From assembly GCA_034668825.1 (NCBI GenBank), contig JAXDOR010000246.1:477-64476 (forward strand): a stretch of DNA of 64,000 nucleotides, written 5' to 3'. The notes under the pieces were generated by a model. That model searched no databases. It saw only the letters and a program-made list of their open reading frames with translations, and had not been told where the DNA came from. This DNA comes from Alphaproteobacteria bacterium (GTDB lineage: Bacteria; Pseudomonadota; Alphaproteobacteria; Rhizobiales; Xanthobacteraceae). Shown here one piece after another: positions 21,279-33,129 of the stretch. Made by a program: the position numbers and the translations under genes. The number at the start of each line of letters is the position of its first letter. Positions within the stretch are counted from its first letter, which is position 1.

Positions 21279-21352
21279 CTGCCACAGGTACCCTTCGGGG
21301 CTTGTAGCCATAGTGAAGGCCATGGCACCATTATCTTCCCGAGGAAGAGCCG

Positions 21353-21847
21353 ATGAGCCGCAAGCGCCGCAGTTATGAGGCGGGACACAAGCCTAAATTC
21401 CTCGTCGTGATCGACGACACCGAGGAGTGCGACCGCGCGGTTTATTATGCCAGTCGGCGCGCAGCCCGCATCGGCGGCGGCGTCATCATGCTGCACGTGA
21501 TCGAAACGGAAGATCGCAATCAGCAATGGCTCGGTGTTGCGGATATCATGCGCGCGGAAGCGCTCGAAACGGCGAATGCGGTGCTCGACCGCTATGGCGC
21601 GCGTGCCAATGGTATTGCTGGCATCACGCCTGAACGCGTGATCAAGGAAGGCGACAAAGCGCAGCAAATTCTCGAACTGATCGACGAGGACGAGGATATT
21701 GCCGTCCTCGTGATCGCAGCGAGCACCGGCAAGGAGGGGCCGGGGCCGCTAGTGTCTAGCCTCGGGAAGACTGCGGGGACTTTCCCGATCCCTATCGCCC
21801 TCGTTCCGGGTCATCTCGCCGACGAAGACCTCGATGCAATGTCGTAG
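21353..21847 (+). CDS. Universal stress protein (UspA family)
   Basis: 164 aa with the Usp fold pattern (KFLVVIDDTEE...VLVIAAS...G...). Confidence 0.75.
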   Translation: MSRKRRSYEAGHKPKFLVVIDDTEECDRAVYYASRRAARIGGGVIMLHVIETEDRNQQWLGVADIMRAEALETANAVLDRYGARANGIAGITPERVIKEGDKAQQILELIDEDEDIAVLVIAASTGKEGPGPLVSSLGKTAGTFPIPIALVPGHLADEDLDAMS

Positions 21848-21985
21848 AGTCTTGCGAGGCTTCGGCGGGCATTTCTGCTGCCGCGGCCAGAGAATGATAG
21901 GTTGACCCCCGTGCGGAGGAGACCCATTTAATGCTAGAGATAACCTGCCAGCGGGCCTTGAACCCGAATGCGCAAGGAGCCAGAC

Positions 21986-22552
21986 ATGTTCATTCAGACC
22001 GAAACCACCCCCAATCCGGCGACCTTGAAGTTCCTGCCAGGCCAAAGCGTCCTTGCGTCAGGCACCCTCGATATGCCTGACCGGGCGAGTGCCACCAAGT
22101 CAGCCTTGGCGGAGCGATTGTTCGACATTCCCGGCGTAAGCGGGGTGTTCTTCGGCTCGGATTTCATCACGGTGAGCAAGACGGCCGGCGAATGGCAACA
22201 GCTGAAACCGGCAATCCTCGGCGCCATCATGGAGCACTTCATGTCCGGGGCGCCGATTGTCAAAGCCGAGGGAGATGGAGAGGCAGCTCCCACCGCCAGC
22301 GGCGAATTCTTTGAAGCCGCCGACGCCGACACTGTCGCCACCATCAAGGAATTAATTGAGACTCGCGTGCGGCCCGCCGTTGCCAACGATGGCGGCGATA
22401 TCACCTTCCGCGGCTTCAAGGACGGGATTGTCTATCTGGATATGAAGGGATCGTGTGCGGGCTGCCCGTCGTCGACCGCCACCTTAAAGCACGGGATCCA
22501 AAACCTGCTGAAGCATTTCGTGCCGGACGTGATCGAAGTCAGGCCGACTTAA
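21986..22552 (+). CDS. NifU-family Fe-S cluster scaffold (Nfu_N plus NifU C-terminal domain)
   Basis: Trimmed to ATG 21986, which is preceded by AAGGAG. MFIQTETTPNPATLKFLPG, and a CxxC motif in GSCAGCPSS. Confidence 0.9.
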   Translation: MFIQTETTPNPATLKFLPGQSVLASGTLDMPDRASATKSALAERLFDIPGVSGVFFGSDFITVSKTAGEWQQLKPAILGAIMEHFMSGAPIVKAEGDGEAAPTASGEFFEAADADTVATIKELIETRVRPAVANDGGDITFRGFKDGIVYLDMKGSCAGCPSSTATLKHGIQNLLKHFVPDVIEVRPT

Positions 22553-22653
22553 CCCCGTTCTTCTTCGTGACATTTTGAGCGATGGTGATTACTGGGATCA
22601 CCCGCTCCTGCCGTCGTAGCGACATGCTGCGGTGATGATAGCCCAAGGCGCAC

Positions 22654-23334
22654 ATGCGCATCCTCGCCATCGATACCGCGCTCGCAGCATGCGCCGTCGC
22701 TGTTCTCGACACCGAGGATAGCGCGCTCGGAGCCAGCGAGACGACGCCGATGTTCCGCGGGCACGCGGAAGCTTTGATGCCGATGATTGCCCGTGTCATG
22801 GATAAGGCGAATATCGAGTTCTCCGAAATTGATCGGATTGCTGTCACGACGGGGCCGGGCAGCTTCACCGGCCTGAGAGTAGGTATATCCGCCGCCCGCG
22901 GCATTGCGCTCGCCGCGGGGAAGCCTGCCGTGGGTCTGTCTACGTTGGCCGCTTACGCGGCGCCCTTGATCGCCCAGGACGACACCCTCCCCGTGGTAGC
23001 TGCCGTCGACGCCAGACATGACCACGTTTACATGCAGGTATTCGGTCCGGGCGGGCGCACGCTCGTTGCTCCGCGTATTGCATCGCTCCGCGATGCCGTG
23101 CGCGCAGCGGCTTTGGCATCCGCGCGCGTTGTTGGTTCGGGTGCCGAGCTCATTGCCGCCGCCTGGCCAATAGCTGAACAGCCGCCTTTAATCGACGCGC
23201 AATCCGCGCCTGATATCGGTTGGATCGCGCGACTTGGAGCTGCCGCGCCGACGGGACAGGAGCCGCCAAAGCCGCTCTATCTGCGAGCGCCCGACGCACA
23301 GCCGCAGGATGCCTCTCGTCTGTCGCGCCGATGA
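22654..23334 (+). CDS. tsaB: tRNA threonylcarbamoyladenosine biosynthesis protein TsaB
   Basis: MRILAIDTALAACAVAVLD... and TTGPGSFTGLRVGISAARGIAL motifs. Confidence 0.9.
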   Translation: MRILAIDTALAACAVAVLDTEDSALGASETTPMFRGHAEALMPMIARVMDKANIEFSEIDRIAVTTGPGSFTGLRVGISAARGIALAAGKPAVGLSTLAAYAAPLIAQDDTLPVVAAVDARHDHVYMQVFGPGGRTLVAPRIASLRDAVRAAALASARVVGSGAELIAAAWPIAEQPPLIDAQSAPDIGWIARLGAAAPTGQEPPKPLYLRAPDAQPQDASRLSRR

Positions 23335-23813
23335 TGGGCATCATCACACGCCTATTCGGGCGCGAGCCGATATTGTCCGAGGCAACGCCGCGCGATTGTT
23401 CACCCATGGCAGCACTCCACGGCGCGGCCTTCCGGCGCGGGTGGAGCGATGGGGAATTTGAGCGTTTGCTCGCCGACCGCGCCGTTGTAGCCCATCGGGC
23501 GATGCATGGTCGCAAGCTGGTTGGTTTCATTATCTCGCGGCAGGCGGCGGGCGAGGCGGAAATCCTATCTGTTGCCGTTGACCCGTCATGGCGTGGACGC
23601 GGCGTGGCCGGCGCCCTGCTCCGCCTGCATTTGCGCCGTATTGCAGGTATTGGCGTAGGAGCGATATTTCTCGAGGTCGGCGAGGATAATGCGCCCGCGC
23701 GGCGCCTTTACAAGAAAGCGGGTTTCCACGAAGTGGCTCGGCGTGAAGGTTATTACCGCAGCGACGCCGGTCCGCGCTCCACTGCGCTGGTGCTGCGTCG
23801 TGATCTCGCATGA
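23331..23813 (+). CDS. rimI: Ribosomal-protein-alanine N-acetyltransferase (GNAT)
   Basis: Trimmed to ATG 23331, which overlaps the tsaB stop (ATGATG/TGA). GNAT motif RGRGVAGALL...RRLYKKAGF. Confidence 0.85.
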   Translation: MMGIITRLFGREPILSEATPRDCSPMAALHGAAFRRGWSDGEFERLLADRAVVAHRAMHGRKLVGFIISRQAAGEAEILSVAVDPSWRGRGVAGALLRLHLRRIAGIGVGAIFLEVGEDNAPARRLYKKAGFHEVARREGYYRSDAGPRSTALVLRRDLA

Positions 23814-23873
23814 GAGCCTCGTGGACGGAATCCCGCGCTGTCAATATGCTATTAGAGACTGACGGAGGGCGTC

Positions 23874-24311
23874 GTGACCGCGCCTAAGACGACCGACATC
23901 GAAGCCCAGTGCGTTGCTAACGGCATGCGCATGACCGAGCAGCGCCGGATCATCGCGCGCGTGCTGGCGGGGTCGGCGGATCATCCCGACGTCGAGGAAC
24001 TGTACCGGCGCTGCGCTGAAATCGACGACCGCATCTCCATCTCCACCGTCTACCGGACCGTGAAGTTATTCGAGGACGCGGGGATCATCGAGCGGCATGA
24101 CTTCCGCGAAGGCCGTGCCCGCTATGAGCAAATGCGAGAATCCCATCACGATCATCTCATCGACCTGCGCACCGGCAAGGTGATCGAGTTTCAATCCGAG
24201 GAGATTGAACGGCTGCAGGCCGAAATGGCGCGCAAGCTCGGATATCGCTTAGTCGACCACCGGCTGGAACTTTACGCTCTGCCTCTCGATGACGACAAAG
24301 CTCGGCGCTGA
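23874..24311 (+). CDS. fur: Fur-family transcriptional regulator (Fur/Mur type)
   Basis: GMRMTEQRRIIARVL...HPDVEELYRRC...ISISTVYRTVKLFEDAGIIERHDF...HHDHLIDL. GTG start at 23874; an ATG alternative lies further downstream. Confidence 0.9.
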   Translation: MTAPKTTDIEAQCVANGMRMTEQRRIIARVLAGSADHPDVEELYRRCAEIDDRISISTVYRTVKLFEDAGIIERHDFREGRARYEQMRESHHDHLIDLRTGKVIEFQSEEIERLQAEMARKLGYRLVDHRLELYALPLDDDKARR

Positions 24312-25117
24312 TGCTTCGCGTCCCCATGATCACCGTCGCCTTCTTCGTCATGACGCCGGCTTTGGTCGCTATCCAATGGGTGCTGGAGCGGTTGGGGCTG
24401 CGGGGCTGGCCGGCCGTCACGATGGCCTATTACGGTTTGCTTCGCAGGCTGCTTCGTGTCCGCGTTCGCGTTATCGGCACCCCGGTCCGCGATCACCCGG
24501 TCCTGATCGTGGCCAACCATGTCTCTTGGGTCGACATCGTCGTGCTCGGCTCCATCGCGCCCGTCGCCTTTATCGCCAAAAGTGAGATCGCGGACTGGCC
24601 ATTGATCGGCCAGGGGGCGAAGGCACAACGCTCGGTATTTGTTGACCGCACTCGGCGTCACCAGACCGCCGAGGCAATCGCGGAGATCGCCCAGCGCCTC
24701 ACGGGCGGCACACCGGTGGTGCTGTTTGCTGAAGGAACGTCGAGCGACGGCAATCGTGTGTTGCAGTTCCGCTCGGCTCTAGTTGGGGCGGCGCGTGATG
24801 CTTTGGATCAAGCTAAGCCCACGCAGCAGGTTTTGGTTCAGCCATTGTCGATCTGCTACACGCGCTTTCAAGGGCTGCCCATGGGACGGCAACATCGTCC
24901 GGTGGTCGCCTGGTACGGCGATCTCGATTTCATGCCGCATCTGAAGGAATTCGTCCGCCGCGGCGCGGTGGATGCCGTCGTCACCTGGGGCGAGCCGATC
25001 GTCTATGACGGGACCACCGACCGCAAGACTCTGGTGAAATCGCTGGAAGGAACGGTGCGCAGGCTCAGCGCCGCCGCACGAAGGGACCGGCCGAGCCTCG
25101 CCGGTTCTGCCGTGTAA
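24311..25117 (+). CDS. Lysophospholipid (1-acyl-sn-glycerol-3-phosphate) acyltransferase family protein
   Basis: The NHVSWVDI (HX4D) and FAEGTSSDG motifs are diagnostic of the PlsC family. Confidence 0.85.
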   Translation: MLRVPMITVAFFVMTPALVAIQWVLERLGLRGWPAVTMAYYGLLRRLLRVRVRVIGTPVRDHPVLIVANHVSWVDIVVLGSIAPVAFIAKSEIADWPLIGQGAKAQRSVFVDRTRRHQTAEAIAEIAQRLTGGTPVVLFAEGTSSDGNRVLQFRSALVGAARDALDQAKPTQQVLVQPLSICYTRFQGLPMGRQHRPVVAWYGDLDFMPHLKEFVRRGAVDAVVTWGEPIVYDGTTDRKTLVKSLEGTVRRLSAAARRDRPSLAGSAV

Positions 25118-25250
25118 GCATTCCTTTTCCGCGCAAAACCGGGTAAGACGGCCTTGTTCCCGTCGTGGACGGCGCACGGCGGCGAATTTACAAGCCTTTG
25201 TAGCAACTTAGGGCATCAGCCCGACAGCTCGCGGATCGAAATCGACCGGC

Positions 25251-26651
25251 ATGAGCGAACCTCGCAAGCTCCATATCAAGTCCTATGGCTGCCAAATGAA
25301 TGTCTACGATTCGCATCGTATGGCGGACATTTTGGCGCGGGACGGATTCGTCGAGACCGGAGTCGTCGATGAGGCCGAGCTTATCATCCTCAATACCTGC
25401 CATATCCGCGAAAAGGCAGCGGAAAAGGTTTATTCCGAGCTCGGCCGCATCCGCAAAATGAAAGAAGCCGCCGCCGTTGATGGCCGGCGGATTGTGATCG
25501 CCGTCGCTGGCTGTGTAGCGCAGGCGGAGGGTCATGAAATCATGCGGCGCGCGCCCGCCGTCGACCTCGTCTTCGGCCCGCAAAATTATCACCGGCTTCA
25601 CGATTTTCTTGCTCGCGCAGAGCGAGGCGACAAGGTTGTCGACACCGAATTTCCCGTTGAGGACAAATTCGATTTTTTTGTTCCGCCGAGCCAAGAGGCG
25701 ACACGCGCGCGCGGCGTTTCCGCCTTTGTCACCGTGCAGGAAGGTTGCGACAAATTCTGCACCTTCTGCGTGGTGCCCTATACGCGCGGCGCCGAGGTGT
25801 CCCGGCCAGCCGCTAAAATCATTTCTGAGGTTCAGCGGCTCGCCAACGCCGGTGTGCGCGAAGTCACGCTGCTTGGTCAGAACGTCAATGCTTATCATGG
25901 CGACGGCGCCGATGGCCGCACATGGACGTTCGGGCGTCTGTTGCGGCGCCTGGCTGAAATCCCTGGCATAGCGCGGCTGCGATATACCACCAGCCATCCC
26001 TGCGACGTCGATGAGAGCCTGATCGCCGCGCATCGCGAGCTACCGAGTCTCATGCCGCATCTGCACCTGCCGGTGCAGTCGGGCTCCGACCGTATCCTCG
26101 CCGCCATGAACAGGCGTCACACGCGCTCCGATTATCTCGCCGCGCTTACACGATTGCGGGAAGCAAGGCCGGAAATCGTCTTCTCTTCCGACTTCATCGT
26201 CGGCTTCCCTGGCGAGAGTGAGGATGACTTTGCCGCGACGCTCGCGCTGGTCGAGGAGGTCCGTTACGCCGCCGCTTACTCTTTCAAATTTTCGCCCCGA
26301 TCGGGCACGCCGGCAGCGGCCATGCCCGACCAAGTGCCGGAGCCTGTGCAGATCGAGCGGCTTTCACGTTTGCAGGCCGCCATCGATCGGCATCAAGCTG
26401 AATTCAACAGGAGTTGCATCGGCCGGAGCTTGGACGTCCTATTCGACAAGCCGGGACGCTATCCTGGGCAGATCGTCGGTCGCTCCCCATATCTACAGCC
26501 AGTCCATGTCATGGCGCCCCCGACTCTCCTCGGAGAGATTCGCCGGGTGGCGGTCAACGATCTCGATACTTACAGTATGTTCGGCAATCTTGTGGAAAGC
26601 CCGGGCTCTTTCCTTCGGCCCGAACTCGCGCTGGCAGCGCTAGGAGCCTGA
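25251..26651 (+). CDS. miaB: tRNA-2-methylthio-N6-dimethylallyladenosine synthase
   Basis: [16 protein letters not shown], radical-SAM [11 protein letters not shown], and a TRAM domain at the C-terminus. Confidence 0.95.
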   Translation: MSEPRKLHIKSYGCQMNVYDSHRMADILARDGFVETGVVDEAELIILNTCHIREKAAEKVYSELGRIRKMKEAAAVDGRRIVIAVAGCVAQAEGHEIMRRAPAVDLVFGPQNYHRLHDFLARAERGDKVVDTEFPVEDKFDFFVPPSQEATRARGVSAFVTVQEGCDKFCTFCVVPYTRGAEVSRPAAKIISEVQRLANAGVREVTLLGQNVNAYHGDGADGRTWTFGRLLRRLAEIPGIARLRYTTSHPCDVDESLIAAHRELPSLMPHLHLPVQSGSDRILAAMNRRHTRSDYLAALTRLREARPEIVFSSDFIVGFPGESEDDFAATLALVEEVRYAAAYSFKFSPRSGTPAAAMPDQVPEPVQIERLSRLQAAIDRHQAEFNRSCIGRSLDVLFDKPGRYPGQIVGRSPYLQPVHVMAPPTLLGEIRRVAVNDLDTYSMFGNLVESPGSFLRPELALAALGA

Positions 26652-26655
26652 GCGG

Positions 26656-27705
26656 TTGCGCACCTTCGGAACTGATAATGGATCGATCAGCCCCTCTTCC
26701 GCCGAGGGCGCCGCATCCACGCAAATCGTTCTGGCTTTTGAGGACAACCGGCTCGCCTCGGCGCTGTTTGGTCAATACGGACAGAACCTCGCCCTGATCG
26801 AGCGCCGGCTCGCTGTTACGGCGGATTCCCGCGGCAATCACGTCACCATCGAAGGCCCACGCGATTCCGTTGAACAAGCACGCCGCGTCCTCGAAGGTCT
26901 CTACGAGCAGATAAAGCGCGGTCATGAACTGGTTGCTGGCGACGTCGAAGGCGCGATCCGGCTCGCCATCGCTCAGGGCTCGCTGTTCGATTTTGACCCT
27001 GCTTCTGCGCCGCATAGTTTCACGGAAATAAACCTCCGCAAGCGCCCCGTCCGCGCCCGGACCGCCGCGCAGGATTTCTATATTAGGGCCCTGCAACACC
27101 ACTCCCTGGTATTCGGCACCGGCCCCGCGGGCACCGGCAAGACTTGGCTGGCCGTCGCCCACGCGGTCCAGCTATTCGAGCGCAAGCAGGTTGACCGCAT
27201 TATTCTGTCGCGGCCCGCGGTCGAAGCCGGCGAACGCCTAGGGTTTCTTCCTGGCGACATGCGCGAGAAGGTAGATCCTTACCTGCGGCCGATCTACGAC
27301 GCGCTCGATGACCTGATGGACCCCCGCATCGTCGAACGCGCCCTGCAAACCGGCGAGATCGAAATCGCGCCGCTCGCCTTCATGCGTGGGCGCACGCTGA
27401 CCAACGCCGCGGTCATCCTCGACGAAGCACAAAATACCACGTCGATGCAGATGAAGATGTTCTTGACCAGGCTCGGTGAGAACAGCCGCATGATTGTCAC
27501 CGGCGATCCGAGCCAAGTCGACTTGCCGCCGGGTCAGACGTCCGGTCTGGCGGAGGCGGTGCGGCTGCTAAAGGGCGTCGAAGGAATCGGACACGCCACC
27601 TTCACCCATGAAGATGTGATCCGCCACGAACTGGTTGCGCGCATCGTCGATGCCTATGACAAGTCGGCGGCGGCGTTGGCGCGCAAACGCGAGGGCAAGG
27701 AATGA
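26656..27705 (+). CDS. phoH: PhoH-family ATPase (YbeZ)
   Basis: Walker A GPAGTGKT and conserved PhoH blocks (AFMRGRTL, DEAQN). The TTG start at 26656 is uncertain. Confidence 0.9.
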   Translation: MRTFGTDNGSISPSSAEGAASTQIVLAFEDNRLASALFGQYGQNLALIERRLAVTADSRGNHVTIEGPRDSVEQARRVLEGLYEQIKRGHELVAGDVEGAIRLAIAQGSLFDFDPASAPHSFTEINLRKRPVRARTAAQDFYIRALQHHSLVFGTGPAGTGKTWLAVAHAVQLFERKQVDRIILSRPAVEAGERLGFLPGDMREKVDPYLRPIYDALDDLMDPRIVERALQTGEIEIAPLAFMRGRTLTNAAVILDEAQNTTSMQMKMFLTRLGENSRMIVTGDPSQVDLPPGQTSGLAEAVRLLKGVEGIGHATFTHEDVIRHELVARIVDAYDKSAAALARKREGKE

Positions 27706-28214
27706 ACCCCTCGCCGCGCCGGCAACCCGCCGCGACGCCTTTAATTGACATCATCCGTGAATCGCCCCTTTGGCAAGCCGAACCCGACACCGACCAGACT
27801 TTGCGTCGTGCCATCGCCGAGGCAGCGGCGGGGCAGTCAACAAAAGGCGCGGAGCTTGCTATCGTCTTGACTGATGACTCGAGGATTCGTGCTCTCAACC
27901 GCGTTTGGCGCGGCATCGACAAGCCGACGAACGTGCTTTCTTTCCTGGCGAAGGAGACGCGCGGTAACGGCCTGCCCATGCTGCTCGGCGATATCGTCAT
28001 TGCCTATGAAACGGTGGCAAAAGAGGCGGCCGCCCAGGGAAAGCCGTTCCTGCACCACCTCGCTCATCTCTCCGTGCATGGGTTTTTGCATCTCCGCGGC
28101 TATGATCATATCGCGGAGGAAGAGGCAGATACGATGGAGCGGCTGGAGCGGGCGGTGCTCGCGCGGCTCGATATGCCCGACCCCTATGTCGCGCGCGACA
28201 GTAAGCCCGACTGA
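27702..28214 (+). CDS. ybeY: rRNA maturation RNase YbeY
   Basis: Contains the HLSVHGFLHLRGYDH zinc-binding motif. The start overlaps the phoH stop. Confidence 0.95.
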   Translation: MNPSPRRQPAATPLIDIIRESPLWQAEPDTDQTLRRAIAEAAAGQSTKGAELAIVLTDDSRIRALNRVWRGIDKPTNVLSFLAKETRGNGLPMLLGDIVIAYETVAKEAAAQGKPFLHHLAHLSVHGFLHLRGYDHIAEEEADTMERLERAVLARLDMPDPYVARDSKPD

Positions 28215-28219
28215 CCGTC

Positions 28220-29386
28220 ATGCCTGACAATGAAACATCAAGCCGCAGCGAGCCTGCGAGCGATAACGAGATACGAAATCTCCCGGCGATTGTTCCGCGC
28301 CCGAGCAAAATCGCGACCGAGAATGGCGATAGCTGGATTGGGCGGATGCTGCGCGCGGTGTTCGGCTGGAAGCCCGGTTCAATCCGCGCCGATCTCGAAG
28401 TCGTGTTGGAAGATGGCGCACCCGGCGAAACCGGCTTCTCGCCGGAAGAAAGGACCATGCTCAAGAACATCCTCGGCCTGCGCGAAAGCCGGGTCGAGGA
28501 CATCATGTTGCCGCGCGCCGACGTGGTGGCGGTCCAGCACGACATCACGCTTGGAGAACTGGTGAAAGTGTTCGAAGGCGCGTTCCATTCGCGGCTTGTC
28601 GTCTACAACGATACACTCGACGACCCCGTGGGCATGGTGCATATCCGCGACTTGATTGCTTTCATGACGGCACGCGCCACCGTGAGTCCCGAAGTCAATG
28701 CCAAACGAAAGAAGCCGCTGCCGGCGGGACTGGACCTGAAAGCCATCAATCTTTCAGTTCCGCTGACGTCCACCGACCTCGTTCGCACTATCCTGTTCGT
28801 TCCGCCGTCGATGCCGGCAATCGACCTGCTGGCGAAGATGCAGGCGACGCGCATCCATCTTGCCCTGGTTATCGACGAATATGGCGGCACCGATGGTCTT
28901 GTCTCCATGGAAGACATCGTCGAATTGATCGTGGGCGACATCGCGGACGAGCATGACGAGGATGAGACTCCCGCAGTAGTCCAGCAAGGTGACGGTTCGT
29001 TTCTTGCCGACGCGCGGGCCAGCCTCGAGGACGTCACCGCCACCGTCGGTGCCGAATTCGACGTGGGTGACGCAGCGGAGGATGTGGATACGCTTGGCGG
29101 TTATCTGGTGATGAAGATCGGCCGCGTGCCCGTTCGTGGAGAGCTTGTGCCGGGGCCGGGCATATTCGAGATCGAGGTGCTCGACGCCGATCCACGCCGG
29201 GTCAAGAAGGTCAGGATTCACCAGAGCAAGGCCAGGCGAACGGAGCGTAGCCGCGATGCAAAGCGGCGCGAGGGTTTGCCCGGCCTGCCGAATGCGCCTT
29301 CCACCTCTGCCGAACCGGCTCAGCCGGAAGGAGCGACGGATAATGCGTCCAGCGCGGCTCCTGTAAAGAACGCGCGCCAGCCGTGA
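28220..29386 (+). CDS. CBS-pair / CorC_HlyC domain protein (CorC/TlyC family)
   Basis: Has a CBS pair and a C-terminal transporter-associated domain. This is the conserved position between ybeY and lnt. Confidence 0.85.
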   Translation: MPDNETSSRSEPASDNEIRNLPAIVPRPSKIATENGDSWIGRMLRAVFGWKPGSIRADLEVVLEDGAPGETGFSPEERTMLKNILGLRESRVEDIMLPRADVVAVQHDITLGELVKVFEGAFHSRLVVYNDTLDDPVGMVHIRDLIAFMTARATVSPEVNAKRKKPLPAGLDLKAINLSVPLTSTDLVRTILFVPPSMPAIDLLAKMQATRIHLALVIDEYGGTDGLVSMEDIVELIVGDIADEHDEDETPAVVQQGDGSFLADARASLEDVTATVGAEFDVGDAAEDVDTLGGYLVMKIGRVPVRGELVPGPGIFEIEVLDADPRRVKKVRIHQSKARRTERSRDAKRREGLPGLPNAPSTSAEPAQPEGATDNASSAAPVKNARQP

Positions 29387-30975
29387 CCCTGACTGGCTTT
29401 GCCCATTCGATTGTATTGGTCTGGGGATGGCGGCGCGCCGCTGTCGCCTTTTCCGCCGGCGCCATCTCTGCGCTGGCGCTGGCGCCCATCGATCTTTGGC
29501 CGGTGCTGTTCCTGACCTTTCCCATATTGGTCTGGCTGACCGACGGGGCTGCCGCGGGGCGCTGGGGCGGAATTCTCGCCGCAGCCGCGATAGGCTGGTG
29601 GTTCGGCTTCGGATATTTTCTCTCCGGTCTTTATTGGGTTGGCTACGCCTTCTTAGTCGACGCCAAGACATTCGGCTGGCTGCTGCCTTTCGCGGTGGTG
29701 GCTTTGCCAGCCGCCATGGCGCTGTACACGGCCTTGGGCCTCGCGCTGGCGCGAATGATGTGGACCCGGGGGCCGACGCGCCTGTTGGCACTCGCCATTG
29801 CACTCACGGTCAGCGAATGGCTGCGGGGGCATATGTTTTCCGGATTTCCGTGGAATGCCTTCGGCTATACGTTGACCGCCCCGCTGGTGCTGGCACAGAG
29901 CGCCGCTGTTTTTGGCCTATGGGGGCTTACGTTCATCGCCGTCGCAGTGTTCGCCGGTCCGGCAACACTCACCGACGACCGCATAGACACGAGACGGCCG
30001 TGGTTGCCGCTGCTGACGAGCGTCGTCTTGCTCGGCAGCTTGGCCATTTACGGCACGATCCGCTTGGCGGCGACACCGACAAGTTTCGTCGATGGCGTGC
30101 ACCTGCGGCTGATGCAGCCGAATTTAGCGCAAGACGAAAAGTTCAATTATTCATCGAAGCAGCAAGTGATGAGCCGTTATGTCGCGCTGTCGGACCGCGC
30201 CACCGGCCCGCAGTCGACAGGCATTCGCGATGTCACGCATTTGATCTGGCCGGAATCGGCTTTTCCTTTTTTCCTCACCCGTGAAGCTGACGCATTGGCG
30301 CAGATCACGGCACTCCTGCCGCAGGGCACCGTGCTGATCACCGGCGCGGTCCGCCCGGCCGAGCCGGTCTCCGATCCAAAGAACCAACGTGCGTATAATT
30401 CGATTTATGTGATCGATCACGATGGTTCGATCCTTTCCATCTACGACAAGGTCCATCTAGTACCGTTCGGTGAATACCTACCATTCCAGAAGGTATTGGA
30501 GAGCATAGGGCTTATACAGCTCACCAAGCTGCCGGGCGGGTTCCTGGCGGGCGATCGCCACCGCGCCTTCCCTGTGCCCCGCGCGCCGCAGTTTCTGCCG
30601 CTGTTGTGTTACGAGATCATTTTTCCGGGCGACGCGGTGCCGGGCGGAGAACGGCCAGGCTGGCTGCTTAATCTGACCAATGACGGCTGGTTCGGCATCA
30701 GTTCCGGACCCTATCAACACTTTCGGCAAGCCCGCGTTCGCGGCATCGAGGAGGGTCTTCCCTTGGTGCGCGTCGCCAATACCGGCATTTCCGCCGTGGT
30801 GGATTCGGTCGGCCGCATTATCAACTCCCTGCCGCTCGGCACCGATGGAATTCTGGATTCGCCATTGCCGCGGGCAATCGATCCTACAATCTATTCGCGC
30901 ACCGGCGAGGGATTAGTCGCTTTGATACTTGTGGTGGCTTTTGTAATCGTCATCCGGCGCCGGCTACGTTTGTAG
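29383..30975 (+). CDS. lnt: Apolipoprotein N-acyltransferase
   Basis: N-terminal polytopic membrane region plus a C-terminal nitrilase-like domain (LCYEIIFP, NLTNDGWF). GTGA overlap with the upstream gene. Confidence 0.92.
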   Translation: MTLTGFAHSIVLVWGWRRAAVAFSAGAISALALAPIDLWPVLFLTFPILVWLTDGAAAGRWGGILAAAAIGWWFGFGYFLSGLYWVGYAFLVDAKTFGWLLPFAVVALPAAMALYTALGLALARMMWTRGPTRLLALAIALTVSEWLRGHMFSGFPWNAFGYTLTAPLVLAQSAAVFGLWGLTFIAVAVFAGPATLTDDRIDTRRPWLPLLTSVVLLGSLAIYGTIRLAATPTSFVDGVHLRLMQPNLAQDEKFNYSSKQQVMSRYVALSDRATGPQSTGIRDVTHLIWPESAFPFFLTREADALAQITALLPQGTVLITGAVRPAEPVSDPKNQRAYNSIYVIDHDGSILSIYDKVHLVPFGEYLPFQKVLESIGLIQLTKLPGGFLAGDRHRAFPVPRAPQFLPLLCYEIIFPGDAVPGGERPGWLLNLTNDGWFGISSGPYQHFRQARVRGIEEGLPLVRVANTGISAVVDSVGRIINSLPLGTDGILDSPLPRAIDPTIYSRTGEGLVALILVVAFVIVIRRRLRL

Positions 30976-31157
30976 CGATCCTCGGTAGTAATCTTAGCGG
31001 GAGCCTACCTTTCCGTTTAAATGCCGCGTGAATTGTTCTTTTAGCAGCCCGGGTTACCTGATAATTTTTATTCGCCAAAGTAATAGACGCGCCATGCGTT
31101 ATTTGATCTTGTCGGAAGCAGGAAATTTCTCGTAGTTCTTTGCGGCATTAAAAGCAC

Positions 31158-31177
31158 GAAATCAAAACATTGATTTC
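31158..31177. promoter_or_regulatory. Inverted repeat GAAATCAA-N4-TTGATTTC upstream of the XRE regulator gene (candidate operator)
   Basis: 8-bp perfect arms at 31158-31165 and 31170-31177, 36 bp upstream of ATG 31213, in a low-GC intergenic stretch. Confidence 0.4.
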
Positions 31178-31212
31178 TGCGGCGACCCTGGCGACAGGGA
31201 GAGAAGGAAGCA

Positions 31213-31620
31213 ATGACAAAAAAAACGCCGAACCCCACCGACAAGCATGTGGGCAGCCGTGTGCGCATGCGCCGGATGATGCTTGGAATGAGTCAGGAGA
31301 AGCTCGGCGACGCTCTCGACCTGACGTTCCAGCAAGTGCAGAAATATGAGAAGGGCACAAACCGCATCGGCGCGAGCCGGCTGCAACAGATCGGCCACTT
31401 CCTTCAGGTTCCAGTTTCTTTCTTCTTTGAAGGCGCGCCCGACGTGCCGGGAACGACCCGCGGCATGGGCGAGGCGCCGTCCCCCGCTTACGTCGCGGAT
31501 TTTCTTTCCACCTCGGACGGGCTTGCCCTCACCAAAGCATTCATGCGGATCAAGGATGCCAAGCTCCGGCGCCGGATTGTGGATCTCGTCGCGCAAATAG
31601 CGGGCGAGGACAGTCGCTGA
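31213..31620 (+). CDS. XRE-family helix-turn-helix transcriptional regulator
   Basis: HVGSRVRMRRMMLGMSQEKLGDALDLTFQQVQKYEKGTNRIGASRLQQI is a classic HTH_3 domain. Confidence 0.85.
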   Translation: MTKKTPNPTDKHVGSRVRMRRMMLGMSQEKLGDALDLTFQQVQKYEKGTNRIGASRLQQIGHFLQVPVSFFFEGAPDVPGTTRGMGEAPSPAYVADFLSTSDGLALTKAFMRIKDAKLRRRIVDLVAQIAGEDSR

Positions 31621-31749
31621 TCCGGCTGCCCGGCAACTCACTTGGCGTCGCGTTAAGCTTGGCGTCTTGACCTCGCGCGGGTACACTGTAAGAAACACAC
31701 CCCGACATCGGATGGCGCGGCCTAACCGCGTGGGTGAGGAGCTTCAACA

Positions 31750-33024
<1,275 letters not shown>

Positions 33025-33129
33025 TAGCCACGCTTTTTCGTCAAGGTTCGGGCTTGTTCCGGCCACCACGCTGCCAATAGTAACGATGGGTAAGTCGTGG
33101 ATGCCGGCGCCAAGCGCGGGCAAACAAGT

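Noticed and set aside
31621-31749. Possible SAM riboswitch upstream of metK
   Set aside because: I could not recognise the SAM-II or SAM-V pseudoknot consensus by eye in these 129 nt. This needs an Rfam covariance-model scan before any claim is made.
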